Source: Tubulanus polymorphus (lineage: Eukaryota; Animalia; Nemertea). From it: a stretch of 64,000 nt of DNA. Each line of letters opens with the position of its first letter. The stretch's first letter is position 1. The stretch spans positions 5,727,950-5,791,949 of the forward strand of contig NC_134026.1 of NCBI RefSeq assembly GCF_964204645.1, given 5' to 3'. The position numbers and the translations under genes are program-made. Below are positions 48,691 to 62,002 of the stretch, piece after piece. A model generated the notes under the pieces. It had not been told where the DNA came from, did not search any database, and saw only the letters and a list, made by a program, of their open reading frames with translations.

Positions 48691-49866
48691 TATAGCGAAT
48701 TACAGCCGTAACGTTAGCCATTGCATCGTTACCGATGAGAGAGTATATCCTTGGGTAACTGGCGGAAGAGGCTTGATTGGCACACGGGAAATATCTTAAC
48801 TAGTTACTGACATTTTATTCCAGTGTGTAAGCAAGGAGATTCAGCGGCCACTAAGGAATATTACATTAGTTCATTCCGACACCCGAACGGGACAAGCGTA
48901 ACAAATGCTTTTTATTGATTTATACGTAGATGAAATCGTCATGGAAATCTGTGTTACACCGATCAAGAAAAATTCTCTTCCCATATCTCTCACCACGCTT
49001 CATAACCTTGACCCAACACAGCGACGCGTCTGTTCCCGATTCATTTTACGTAATTGTTGAAATAAATCATTCGTGGATTCGGTGTCATTTCAACTCGATT
49101 TATTCGTATTTGCTTTCAGATCGGGGGCAATTTATTATTTTGCGCGGTTACATCGATCAAAGTCCGAACCTTCGCTTGTCGAAATGAATTTCTATCTACG
49201 CAACAGTCTCTCGAAATCAACTTGAATGTGAAACTCTTAAATACGCAAAATCGATTGGCAAAGTCTATTCGACGACTCAAAGTTCAATTAGACACAATAT
49301 GCGCATAGATTGTGCTATTTCATTTAAATAACCTTGTAACCGGTAAACTATTTCTGTCGTTTGCCGTGAATAAGAATGTTGCAATATCGGAACATCTTTC
49401 GAATATTTTCAAAACTGTTTGTTTCGTTTCTTGTTCATCTCAGTTCAATTTCAAGTTTAAGTCAAAACGTATAAATTTGCCTGGAGTGTTTGTAAGCATT
49501 TTCATCTTTGATGTTTACCGCTTGAAGCAAATGAGATCAGAGCCACGGATTGGAAAGAATACTCGTCTCTCATAAGGAATGAGCCTACAGGCAACATCTC
49601 TAAGTCCTCTGCCACAACGTCAACCATGTTTTCTTTCTATTTCAGAGTTGGCCTTTCTTACATAATAGTTAACGCGGGCGAGGCGCGGTATCCCCACATA
49701 ACTAGGTTGCTCCCAAGTTCATTTCTTCAAGGTTTAAACAGCGTGACAGTTTCCATACTAGAAACTACACATAGAAAGAGATACGATCATCGTTCTAGCA
49801 ACGACAGATTAGATTCACGCAATACATTGCGAAATATCAAAACATTCTCGTTAATTTCACTTGCAA

Positions 49867-50094
49867 ATGGCATCTAATCAAATAGTGCGACTTGTTGGTG
49901 TTATAGGCGTTGTTATGATTCAGTACTCGACAGGGCGTTTAGACAGGCAGACACACGATTTTAATTCGATCAATTCGACATCGTCGGAAGTTCTCGTCGA
50001 CAGAAGACCGATTACATGTGACAATCTCTACGCAATTTACAAAAAGGAAATTTCGTCGGTTTTCGCGTCGAACCGGAAGAAATCTGTTCGATAA
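49867..50094 (+). CDS. Candidate small secreted peptide precursor (75 aa)
   Basis: First ATG after a strong acceptor (TTTTCTTTCTATTTCAG ending 49645), context gcaaATGG. Signal-like MASNQIVRLVGVIGVVMIQYSTG, then RR/KK/RKK sites. No recognisable family. Confidence 0.25.
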   Translation: MASNQIVRLVGVIGVVMIQYSTGRLDRQTHDFNSINSTSSEVLVDRRPITCDNLYAIYKKEISSVFASNRKKSVR

Positions 50095-52489
50095 TTCGCC
50101 AGGGGAATCATTAGCGTTAACCAAGTAGGCTAATACACATTATAACTGACCACTATTACCAGCCACTGTTGAATAGCTACAATTTTGGAAGCTTCGATAT
50201 ATCATATTAATTAAAAAATGCCGAATACAAACCCGATCGTAGACGAAAAATATTCCATTTCCCGTCTGGACTACGCTGTCTATAAACGTTGGTGAAAACC
50301 TGTTGCATCAGACACGTTGTTATTGATTTGAAATTCGTACGTCCGATTGTAAACATCCAGGCCCGTTATACATCCATATATCAATAATTCACATATTAGC
50401 TTTAGATGTAATTTCGATCATATGCCGGAATCGGAACTTATAGTTTATACATTGATATATTAAATGATGGTTACGGTTTTGGAAATGTGTATAAAGCTAC
50501 GTATATCGTATTTTGCTCGAACTTATCGAAAATACGTTCAACGGAAAACAACATCGGATTGATTTCCATCGGGATAATCAGAAATACTTACATAGTAGCG
50601 TTTACTGTAATGACGATTATCCGTTATTAAAATCCGCGTGCGGCTGCGGAGATGTCGTGTGCTCGTAAGGACTGCGTTATGCTGTATCAGAAGCGCTCTG
50701 TCAACGAACACAATTGACGCGTCGCTGATTCGACACTTCCTCGTTTGTCTGGTGGCCAGGTGACAGGATTTCCATGTATGCGCCGAGCGATAAAGCGTAT
50801 TTTCAGCTGAAATTCATATTGAATTCATTTAACGCATTCGATTCGTATTCGAATTGGCCGCATTAGGTCAACCGCGATTTATGTAGATCGATGTGTAATG
50901 TGAACGTTGATATAATCCGCTGCGATACTGCGCAACATACTCACAAATAATGTTCGCAGACGACAAAAATATTCCGAAAACTGAAAGTAGTTTCAACAAC
51001 GTTTAACCAAACAAACGAATTTTGTATTCCAACAAAATCTCCCGAAGACTTTGAGAGGAACCTAAGGTATGGCAACCAATGCAGTTACTATGCATTCATC
51101 CCTGATTTTCAATTGACAGAACTCCGTTTAGTATTTCTTGCGGATTTTCAATATACTTTACACGGACATTTTATATATGCTGGTAAGCTTATTCTTAATG
51201 CATGTACTGTCTTATATGGTGGCTGATTCGGGCCATATTGAAAAAGATTTTGTGTACGGCTAGGGACACGATAGAATAATTTTTAAGTTGGCTCATTTTT
51301 TGTACGTTCTCGCGCGAGAATTCTAAACTTTTAGTTTTCTCGCGAGAGAAACCAAACTTTTAAACGATGAAACGTAATATTCTTCTTGTCCTTCATAATA
51401 TTCTGAAATCCCCCAGAAGCAGATTTTTTAACGAACATTATATCCTAATTTTCAACTAACAACTTAATAATAAACATGTATCGTTCGCAAAATGTATACA
51501 AGCCATCAAAATTTCGTGTTAAAATCGCGGACGTATTTTCCATCGGAATAAGTGATCTTTTTGAGAAGGATTGTCTTGTTTCACTGTCAACGATACTCGT
51601 ATAAAAGTCAATCGAGAAAAAACGTACGATTTCCCCTTATTTCTACTTCTGAGTTATGCGACGTAACCGGACCTCGGTGGTATATTACATGTATGTTTCC
51701 TTGGCGACATTAACGCGGTCGTGACGTCATTTTCGCAGAGACTATCAGAGGGGGATAAAACCCGCAGAGGTGCGAATTAGTGACAAATAAATCGTCCCTG
51801 TAACGATCATTAACGTTAGTTTAAGGAAAGGATGTAACGGATAAAATACGTCCAGTGCACTTAATTAGTTGATCACGATTGGTGCACTGACTGAAGACGT
51901 GATTTTACCTCGGCCCGGTCGCACAAAACGAAATTAGGATTAGTTGCTAATGACGGCTTTATCTTTTTCGACAACCTCGAAACTTTATGCGAAATCATGA
52001 TTAGCGTACAAACGAAACTGCAGCCAGACAGCTTTTGATTATTCAATAATTTTGTATCTTGGCAACGCTCCGGGTTCCGTTTTTACCTTCGAGTAAATAC
52101 CGGTAGGCAACACGACTTTGAACACGTATTGAAGTCATTGGAAATCTGAGAACGGGCTTATGTTTCGAGCCTCTCCACGAAATTCAAATTCGAAAAAAAG
52201 CTATCTCCAGATATAAAAAAAAAAATATTCGGAGTTGAGTTCCTCGGAGTTCGGTCGAACATTATTTTTTTACGAACTATCTAGTCGAGACATCGGATCA
52301 TTAATTTTGTTACTAGACTGGATGAATGAATGAATCAATCAATCAATCGATTAATCGATTAATCGATATCTATTGATTTAAATAACGTAGACGTTGTTGC
52401 TTCTCATGTCGAGAATACACTATGATGGACAAAATGATTGAGCATTGCAAGTTCTACCTTAATGGTGGCTGGTCGCGCCAAGTGTAAAA

Positions 52490-52615
52490 CAAGAAAACTA
52501 ACTTGAAAGTTTATCGACGGCTTGAGAAATAAGTCAGAAACATTGTTTAATGTTGTCCACAATAAAAAGTATGATATAAATTATGTAATATCAAGGATCA
52601 ATAAAGTTATTTTGG
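52490..52615 (+). repeat. Dispersed repeat family A, 5' fragment (copy 6)
   Basis: AAACTAACTTGAAAGTTTATCGACGGCTTGAGAAATAA...ATCAATAAAGTTATTTTG. Confidence 0.6.
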
Positions 52616-53236
52616 AAAACACGAAAAGTCATAGCGCAGAGAATCGCTTAAAGGGACGCAGACGAGTAAGCTCGCTCTGCGCATGTAAGAACCGGCACTT
52701 AACGAAACGATATATTTTGCATGGCGTATTCCGGGGGCGTATTACGTGGAATATCTTTTCTAACTTAGCCCGATTCAGTCACAATGCTTCCAAACACCCC
52801 CCCCCCCCTACCCACAGGCTCAACCCGTATGCTGTTACCTCCAAACAGCATTATTTCAAATTCCCGGTAAAATAAGCATCACGATAAGCTGGAGGCTGGT
52901 ATAGTGTTTACGGATTACGTGTCCCGGGTCGTTACGAGAGTATTCGATGTCCTCAGTAAGTCCGCCTTGATCTGATTGATAACGCGTCTGATGGGACTGA
53001 GCATATACACGAAATTATACAGAGGCATTACAGTGAAAGCTACCGATAAGCCACGATCTGTTGTATCCTTAGCCCCGGGAATCGCTTGAGATGGATTGAT
53101 TATTTTTTTAATGGAATATATACGTAACCACTGAAAACCTGACTTGTACAGATTCGCTGTTGGACGCGGACACTTTTTCTAAAGCCCGCTTTGATTTTAA
53201 CAAAATTGTAAAATAGTCAGAATTTGAATCTTTTGG

Positions 53237-54226
53237 TTAAGATTCTGTCATTTTTGCCCCCGCTACTTCTATTGAAAGGTAACATTGATGTATGATTTTC
53301 AGCGCGGCCTTGCGGATCTCTGATCCTGTCATTAAGTACAGATAGAAATTCGCGGCGTTATTCAAAATGAATATATGCGAGAAAACTGGAAAGATTTTCA
53401 TGAGTCGGTCGTTTAAATCGGTGACATTTTGCAGTATCATCAACACGCATATCGGTCCAGTTGTAGCCAAAAAGAATACCGAGACTGATAAGACCATTAG
53501 GGTTGTTTGGTAAGAGCTGTTCGATTTTCTATTCGTAGTGAGTTGCATCGTGTTTTTGCGGTTACAACGGAGCGAAATTGAAATGCCGATAGTCGTTGAC
53601 ATCAACATCAACGACGGCAGAAACGAAATGAAAGCCGATGTGAGGAAGGTATGCATCGCGAAACCGAAGCTGATTTGAATGCAGCCAAATTGACGATTGA
53701 AATCGATGACGAACCAAAGTCTGGAAAAAGCGACGCACAGCACGGAAAATACCGCCACGCATAGAACTGATGTGGTCTTCGTTGTCCAAATGCGCCGCGC
53801 CGAAAACGGAAAGGTCACGACACAAAAACGCTCCACAGCGACCAGTACCAACAGTGATGGACTGGCGACGCTGGCTACATGAAGAATGTACTCGTAAAAG
53901 GCGCATTGCCAATGGCTACTGAAAACGATAGCGTGCACGCGATAGGTGAAGAAATAGATATAGTTGACCAGTTTACAGTTTTGATGGACGAGAAGGATGC
54001 TATCGGATATGGCTAAAGTAAGAAAAAACCTGCTGTACGACATTTTCCAGAAGTGAAGCGTCCGCATGATGAAGATAATGAAACAATTTCCTACGTAGCC
54101 AAAAATTAGACTACATCCGGCGATAACTACTGTGTAGACGAAATACCAGGTGGTAGAAACTGTCGCTGACAGTATGACAGTTCTGTAAGCTAGCGTATTG
54201 AGAAACGTATGATTTCGTATAATCAT
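53237..54226 (-). CDS. Class-A GPCR, single coding exon, paralog of 35420..36427, ~329 aa
   Basis: GYVGN, LAISDS, HWQC, AVERF, TGPIC, NNAANFYLY. Likely start ATG 54226 (MIIRNHT), downstream of a minus-strand acceptor TTGTTCAG ending 54240; the ORF-track extension to 54400 is probably intronic. Confidence 0.88.
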   Translation of the reverse strand: MIIRNHTFLNTLAYRTVILSATVSTTWYFVYTVVIAGCSLIFGYVGNCFIIFIMRTLHFWKMSYSRFFLTLAISDSILLVHQNCKLVNYIYFFTYRVHAIVFSSHWQCAFYEYILHVASVASPSLLVLVAVERFCVVTFPFSARRIWTTKTTSVLCVAVFSVLCVAFSRLWFVIDFNRQFGCIQISFGFAMHTFLTSAFISFLPSLMLMSTTIGISISLRCNRKNTMQLTTNRKSNSSYQTTLMVLSVSVFFLATTGPICVLMILQNVTDLNDRLMKIFPVFSHIFILNNAANFYLYLMTGSEIRKAALKIIHQCYLSIEVAGAKMTES

Positions 54227-55942
54227 GAGTGTATATAGTCTGAACAATGACGAAAGATGTATCTTTGAAAGATAGAGTCGCGTGAAGCTGAAGATCACAT
54301 GCGGACTGATATCGCTGCGGTTAATTAATATAAATGTAGATTGATTTGATTTATAAAATGCTATGCTAAAATCTGACATTGATCTATAGCAAAAATTCAT
54401 CTACTTAAAGACTTTTTGTCTTATGCAAATCGATTACTGTATCATAGATTTCATTATTTTTGTTCTATATAACAAAAACGAATAGCCAACATTTATCAAT
54501 ATTCAAGAAAATAACCTATGCAATTTTTCAACCCCGAGAAGCATGTTTATGCAGTTATAGAGAGAAAGTTGATCTTAAAGTAAACCCTTAGTTTGATACG
54601 AAGGTAAATATGACGTATATAGCCTACGTATAGGCTTAATTCTTGAATTTTATTGTTCAGGGCCCACTTGTCGGTAAGATTTAACGTTAAAGTAAAATAC
54701 AGTTCGTTTTTTAATGAAGACGGAGAGAGATCATACTTTGCGATGGACAAAAAAGAAGTAAAGCCATGTTACTTTTGATAGTGCTTCAATTATGCCTAAT
54801 GCATCGATCATTTTTACACCTTTAGTATATAATCGATAATGGATCTATTTGCAACAAATGCAATAGTTTCTTTCAGATCACTCGTTTCGTAAATTGCTAC
54901 CTTTGGATGACAGCAAAATCAATCTTTAACTGGAGTATTTACAACATATACGTACGTTTTCTAATCATAAGGGCATAGGATATATTGTGCGACGACAATG
55001 GGGATATTTTGGTTCCATTGTCAGCCATATTGAATGCGTTAGTTGTAATTTGACGCAAGTCATAAAACAGTACTAGAATGCGAGCAGAATAGGAGAAAAT
55101 TAGATCAGCGGATTCGTGCATTAAAAACAGGTTCTTTTCATAGAGAAATTCACCTGTTTGAAATTTGGCATTATTTGAAATCCATTTATCTATTGAAAAT
55201 GACATTCAGAGTCATGGCCTCTGAGGGAGGGCAAGATCGGGCGTTTGTTTAGATGTCAGTCCCAGTAATACCTCAGTTTGCGGTGTTCTCGCATAAGCGC
55301 GCTTTGTACGCACATACGTACGTACGAATAGTCGTTTTTGTCGTAAATAAAATTGTTTGGTTCAAATAAAGGAGCCTTAACGACTTAGTTACGACGAGTC
55401 GCTCTATCGAACAAGACAGTAATTAACGACTAACAATACTCAAACCAAGTACTGTCCGCTCTCAGAACGCTTGTTCATTGTATTGTAGGATCTTTCTCAC
55501 AAAAGCGCAACTAGTAACGTGTGATATGTCGATATCTTATACATGTATCATGTGATGATTTGGACGGTTTCAAATCTTCAAACACAACTTTCTACAATTA
55601 GTCGATATGAAATAGGACTACGCTACACGCCAACCTTTGTGTTATCATTCTGATGGTTAATCACATTTAGGTATCGTTGTCCAGGGGAAAGAAACAAGCA
55701 GCAAGCAAGGTTTTAAGAAGGATATTTCGTAGGGGATTCTAATAGCGGATTTTCTACGCTATATTTTGATGCGTAATCGGGGAAATCTTTGCGTGTTTCG
55801 GTGTCCTTTCTCATTACGACTGAAATAGATGTCTGATTTCGACAGAGATTGAATAGGTTAGATTTGTGTGCGTGTAACAGCGGATATTAAACGGCTAAGC
55901 GCAGCTTGATACGCGGGATACTTTTATTAGAATATACAGAAC

Positions 55943-58900
55943 ATGGCTGGTGCTTGGAAACTGAGGACTGGTAGCAGCGTCAAACGCCCAACGCCGAGAC
56001 AACAACCTACCAAGTAAGAAATGACTAGCCAAAAGACTTTAACTTTAACCTTTCGCATGACCTATGTATTCATTATCCAATTCCCAAATTACTAAAGATG
56101 ATTGATTAATTTTTAGACATATAGTTTTACATATAGTTTCACATACTGATATGGTGTATGTATGACCTGCAGAGTAGATTCAGGAATATAATCAGTAAAT
56201 ATACGTGAGATATATTGTGAATTACTGTTTTCTTGTGAATATATTGGTTCGGAACACTTGCATAAAGTCACACTTGTGAAGTATCAGTGTTTGACGTGTA
56301 TTAATGAATAGGTTTTTAGATTGATCTGGTTAATACGGAGGCTTAACACCCTTGACTTAAGATTTAGCAAGGTGTCAATAATGCCACTATAAATTGAGAT
56401 TGCATACAAACAATTTCCAGTATACACGTCTATAGTTTGGCCAAAACAATGAGAAATGTATTCTAGACCTTAAAGTTAATTCACAGTTTTAGCCGCTTTT
56501 TCGTTAAGCCCTGTATTAAGGAAAAGGAAACCTTAAAATATGCTGATAATCATTAAAGAAACCTTATGAAAACACCTACTCCTACAATTAGAAAAATTAT
56601 GATATTCTAGAATCTATCGTAATGATGTCTTTGATAGTTTAACTATTAAAATTGTGAAGTTGGATTCGTTACTATATGCCGTGCATTGCGCTTAACTGTC
56701 ACCAGAAGAGCACAATGTTAAAAGTGATTTTATGTGTGATATTATTTTCTTTTTTATTTCAGGAAGAAACCTGTATGGGAAACATTAGTTGGTTGGGTGA
56801 CGCAACCGGACACGGATTTTGACACAGGTAATAAAGCTGCATATTTTAGGGACACATGAAATATTGAATAAACATTAACACATTGCGCCATAACGCGATG
56901 AGCCACAAGTCGTCATTCCTAAGTCATTTAGACTCGTAATTTATCTTCTAGGCATTGAATCTTGGTGCAAGCGCAAATACGAAGCATCCTTACCGCGAAA
57001 CGGTACGTCAATTCTTTCAAATAATCCATAGTCCATTAATTCTTAATTCTGAATCAGAGTGTTTTCGTAAAAAAAGAAAATATCGTAGCAGCCAAACTGA
57101 CGCCGTGTATAATGGACATTTTTTTCACTTATGTCGCATCTGCAACATCATCAAAAATTTAAATTCTTTACAGGTAAAGTGCGATCGCAATCGCGGAAGA
57201 ATTGGCATGCCTGGGACGAGTTCGTCATTGAACCGCAAACGAAATGTACCGATATCGACGATTTAGAAGCGTTCAAAGAGAACAGTCTAGCAGAGCACTT
57301 CAAACCGAAAGTTATCAACAGAACGAAAAAAGAAACATCGGTCAATAAAGTCTCGGAAACTGTTGGCAAAGGTGGAGAAACTGAACATTCGGTTATTACT
57401 AGAAATAATGATGGTAGTAATTCGGCGGTGCTAGGCTCGAGACCGCCTAGCCAGGGACAAGCCTGTATTACGCAACTGAGTAAACCCGAATCACCCGTAA
57501 AACTGTGCTATACACAAGCGGCACCTAGTGACCGCTTAATGTCTCGGGACGAACTATTAAGCAGGGCTTCAAAGGCCTCGAAGACTGCAATTATGGATCC
57601 TGAATCGGTTGAGGATCCGGCTGAACAGTTAAACGAAGATTATCAAATACCGGAAATAATATCTCAGACTACTGATCCCGGTCCGAGCGTCGTAAAAATT
57701 GAGCCGAACAGTACCCCGAGAATCGAAGATACGTTTAACCGTTTGATAGCTCCGCCGTGTACGCCGAAACAAACGAATAAGTGTAAAAAATGTGATAAAA
57801 CCCCGCTCGGCTGCGCGTGCTATAAACTGGAACAAAAGTCCCGAGTCATCGACGTCTGCGAAGACGAGCTCCCAGTGCCGGAAGCAATACAACGCCATCT
57901 AGATAAGGCTTTGAGAACTTCACTTCCTGAAAATAACATCGGTAATCTGCGCTTGAATGACGGTCCTTTCCGTGCGTTATCAAACCGAACTCGAACTAAT
58001 ATATTTCCGATCAGAGATCTTATCGATACTACTAATATGAACTTATCAGCCTCCGAAAAGAGGGCAATACGTGTACAGGAAAGCTACGCTCGAAATGGCC
58101 CGGCAGGTCGTGGCCCGGCGAGAAATAACGAGAAAGGGCCGTTTTATCTGACGGGGAAAGATCTATTGCAGCACAGGGATAAGAATTTATTTTGGTTACA
58201 GGAAGGCTTAGATATGGTGCGGTTCTATCAAAAATCAAAGGTATATGATTCTATCTATTTGTCTCGATTATTTGTTTCAAATGTAGACTATATACTTTAG
58301 TTTCCTTATTTATCTATCATAGTATGTGTGTCCTACGGGATTTCGTCCAACTCCAATTAGGACACCCCTACAACGAGCGAAAGATATATCCAAACGTCGC
58401 TTGCACGAAAAACCCGTGACATCGGTAAAAAGTTCATTATCGTCTGCTTCAGATATCAACGTCATCATTCAGTGATAATCATTCAAATTGTGAATCCTTT
58501 AAACTTTGCAGCAACAGCAGTACAGCATGTTCGGTGACATTCCAACGCAAAGCACACACGAAAATTTAGCTCCGACCTCGTCCTTTCAGACAATAACTGC
58601 TAATTTTCCACCGGATTATCGCGGGCGCACGGACAAACTGACGTTAGTACGTGAGACTAGGTCAGCAGTTGACGGTAGGTAAGCGTGTGAATTTGAATAT
58701 GTGATGACGTGTAACATATACAGCGTTTTCATTGGGTGCTGGTACTAACTCGTTTGTCCGAAGGTAAAAGTTTTTTCCGGTTTTACTTCTTGGATCTTTG
58801 AGCTCTCAAATACCTACAAATCTAGTTCTGGGCCAGTTGCACAGTCGTGACTTCAGTCCAAAAGTGGTCTTAAATCTTAAGACTGGTCTTAAGTTGTTAG

Positions 58901-59605
58901 ATTGGCTATAGAACTAAGTTGGTCTTAAACTGGTCTTAAATCTAAGTCATGACTATGCAACCGGCCCCCTGTTCTAGTTATAATAACGCATTATGTAACC
59001 TAGCTTCAATATTTGCTCAATCGTAAACTCTGAAAATCTCTTAGCACTAGAATGGCTTCGAGTCGTCTTCACTTACTTAGTTGAAACAGTAAGTATTTCA
59101 TTTTTTAAACATTTTCAGGCATGATTGGCGACGAAGATCAGTTGAGGAAATTATTGAAGGAGACATCGCGTTATTAGAACTGATCTACGCCAGGAAACAG
59201 CTACAGTCAACGATACTTCCAGCGATCAGGTGAGAGAAATACTAGTCACACATAAACCAACATCAACATTTCAGATTCGCCGTACGTTTCGACAAACGTG
59301 TGGCATCTTTTTCTCCGCCTTATTGCAATCTGGGTATCTGAGGTTACGGCTCTAATCGTTTGCGTTTGGTCTGTTTGTTTTAGGAATGGTGACCGTAAAG
59401 ATTGCTTAGCCGTTGATAGCGCCTGATGTCGTGGTTTGATCGATTGATACTAGTGAAAAATGCAAATCAAATCTGATATATGTATAAATTATATGTATAT
59501 ACATATATATTTCGATATTTCATTTGATAAATAGTTGTTTCATTTGTTAGGATGCATGACAGCAAACTTCCGCACCCGTGCCTCTTCCAATGCAGTAAGC
59601 TTTGA
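55943..59605 (+). CDS. Uncharacterised, largely disordered protein, ~528 aa; join(55943..56013,56763..56827,56952..57002,57174..58240,58512..58678,59119..59229,59551..59605); last exon uncertain (alternative 59384..59426)
   Basis: Consistent GT..AG junctions with phases 2,1,1,0,2,2 give one open frame MAGAWKLRTGSSVKRPTPRQQPTKKKPVWETLVGW...IESWCKRKYEASLPRNGKVRSQSRKNWHAWDEF...RHDWRRRSVEEIIEGDIALLELIYARK. It includes ORF 57131. No recognised domain. Confidence 0.7.
58830..58947. mobile_element. PIF/Harbinger-like MITE in an intron
   Basis: TIRs GGGCCAGTTGCACAGTCGTGACTT / AAGTCATGACTATGCAACCGGCCC; internal GGTCTTAA repeats. A related decayed fragment lies near 7643-7722. Confidence 0.7.
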
Positions 59606-61081
59606 AATTCATATTTTCGACGGCAGGACAAGGATTCGAAGACCATCTCCCTAACGGGAAGTAAACACCCGAATCGATAGCTTTACCATAGCAGTTGCAG
59701 CGCATTCGTTCCCATTCCCTAAAAACTCCAATTCCTATAAGAAGTAAGATAACAATGAATCGCCATTAAACCCGATTACAAGAATTAGGCCTAGAGCGAA
59801 CGGAAAAAAATTACTTATTCCATCCTGGAGTTTTTGTAGGGTTCCGACGGTTGAACCAAGTAAAGCGCACACTAATATAGTAACAGTTATAAAAGATCCC
59901 ATTCTGAAAATTAAGAAAATAAGTACGTTTTCTAATAAGTTTTCTCAACTATCTCAATCCACCAAAACAATAATTGATGACTGCTGCTTGCCTAAATGAT
60001 CTAGCGATTGGTTGATTGGGAACTTTACTTACGCGGACAAGCAGCTCTATACCGACTGGACTGTCTGGTATCACTCTAACAAACCCAAGCATTATATATG
60101 TTTATAGTATCTGGCATATTCACCCGTGTTTTATCAGTTTCTCGTTGCCTCTGATAATAAATGTCCATGGAAAATCATATTTAGCTCTCGAACATGTGTT
60201 CGTCCGTGATTTCCATACAGTTTGGCGAGGGTGTTCTTCCATTTTCCCCATGCGAATACCTCAACCTGCCGATAAATCGATATCGGACCAACGTGGATGA
60301 TGATGTAGGAATTTCACACTTCTTTTACCAGTAGTAGAAACGGTGGAAAGATTCTACTCGACTGTGAAAAATAGTGGAATAGCCTAACATGAAAAATCAA
60401 TGTTATCAGTTGATATCGGTTACTGGTCCTAGATGTGGCGTGTTTGTCATATGTATGGCCGAGCTTATTCTATAAACGAACTTTGACTTACTAAAAAGCA
60501 CATTGGGAGCATACCGTCGGATTTAGTTAGTATCACTACTACCCTGCATCTGTTGACCGGTAACGACCAATGTTGGCCCGTTGTGCTTCTGGTGCAGCTT
60601 GAAGTGAGAAGCGTGTTTTTCCAGATGTTGATATTTCAATTTCAACATGTCTAGTTGAATTATTATGTATGAAGTTATAGTTGCCTACAGTGATGAGTTT
60701 GGATTTGATTTGTAGTTCGTTCATTGAATATTTGAGATGTTCTCTCCATTTTCATATAAATGTTAAACGATTTGTTGGAATTTACATCATCAGTATAATA
60801 ATTGATAAAACTGATTTACGTGGAAGGCGAATACAGTAAAGAATATGTATTCATATGCAGATGTTGTTTGGATCAGTAAATGATTCGGTATAGCCTAGTA
60901 TATACCTATCACATTAGAATGGGTTCATTTGGGGAACATGCTGATTTTTGAAATTGCAAGAAGTATCTCCTTCGCAGTTCTTCAAGATTTATCACTTCGT
61001 TGCTGTCTCATACTCATTCAGCTATCAATATTTGTACCTATGTCTTCGGCCTTACTGTTTAATTTGCGGTGACTAGTTGTA

Positions 61082-61269
61082 CAGGGGCGGATTTAAGGGG
61101 CCATCACGGGGGTCCAGAGCCACCTTCCCATTGAGGCTGCCCAAAACCTGCAAACCTGACACACATCTATAGGAATTCGCATCTTTTAGGATGTATGTGA
61201 GATAGTGGTAATGCCTTCCCTTTCTTTCTGGACCCCGGCCTTCCAATTATCCTGGATCTTACTCCGCTG
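61082..61269. mobile_element. Degenerate GC-rich MITE (CAGGGGCGGAT... type)
   Basis: CAGGGGCGGATTTAAGGGG left end, GGGGTCCAG/CTGGACCCC internal IR, decayed right end CCTGGATC..CCGCTG. Confidence 0.45.
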
Positions 61270-62002
61270 TTTAAGTTTGAAACGTTGTAGCACAAATTCC
61301 AGTTCTCTGTTTGCTGAATAAAGCATAAACGAATGTCTGTATGTACTTTGCTAGTTAGTCTTCAATGTTTTCTTGGTTGTTTCTGTCGGAGCCATAACAG
61401 TATTTGGCTGTAAAAGATCTGTAAGTGATAGAAAATTTTGCACTTCGTGTATACCAATCGCCAGACAATCTGAACACGCTTGACGTGCTAAATCATACCT
61501 TCCGGTGCCATGATGATAAATCCATCCGTGAGTTTCTATTTGGTTCGGTCACGAAGATAAACCCTTTGTTATCGTTAATAAACGCGATATTCTGGAACGT
61601 CGCCGATGTCAAAGATAACAGGAATCTACATCCAATTCATTATTTGATAAAAGTTGGCATTGCGATAAGTTGTGCTTGAAGACTCTTGTAGTTAGACAAG
61701 ATTCAATTCCTTTGATACACGTCGACTTATCATTTGACAATTGAAAAAAAGTTGAAAATGGTTATTATGAATCTTTTGAATTCACACCATTATCATCCCG
61801 AGTCATTTTCCCTAACATATTTCCATACACGACACATTGAAATGTATACAAAAAAACAAGACATTCCGATTTTCTATTTCAAAAACATCTTTATTTTTTT
61901 GGTTAAATGAATAACGATTTTATCACATACAATGCTTGAAAATTTTTCATCTTTTCAATAGAAACCTGTAAAACATGGCCAAATTTGCGAGTCTGTCTTC
62001 GA

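Noticed and set aside
54227-54400. 58-aa N-terminal extension of the minus-strand GPCR
   Set aside because: AT-rich, lies across a good splice acceptor at 54240 and has no counterpart in the paralog.
59800-61800. Possible extra minus-strand gene between the unknown gene and MATE
   Set aside because: Several exon-like segments (e.g. ~60543-60650, ~61264-61407) exist, but I could not join them into a stop-free frame; may be UTR, lncRNA or decayed sequence.
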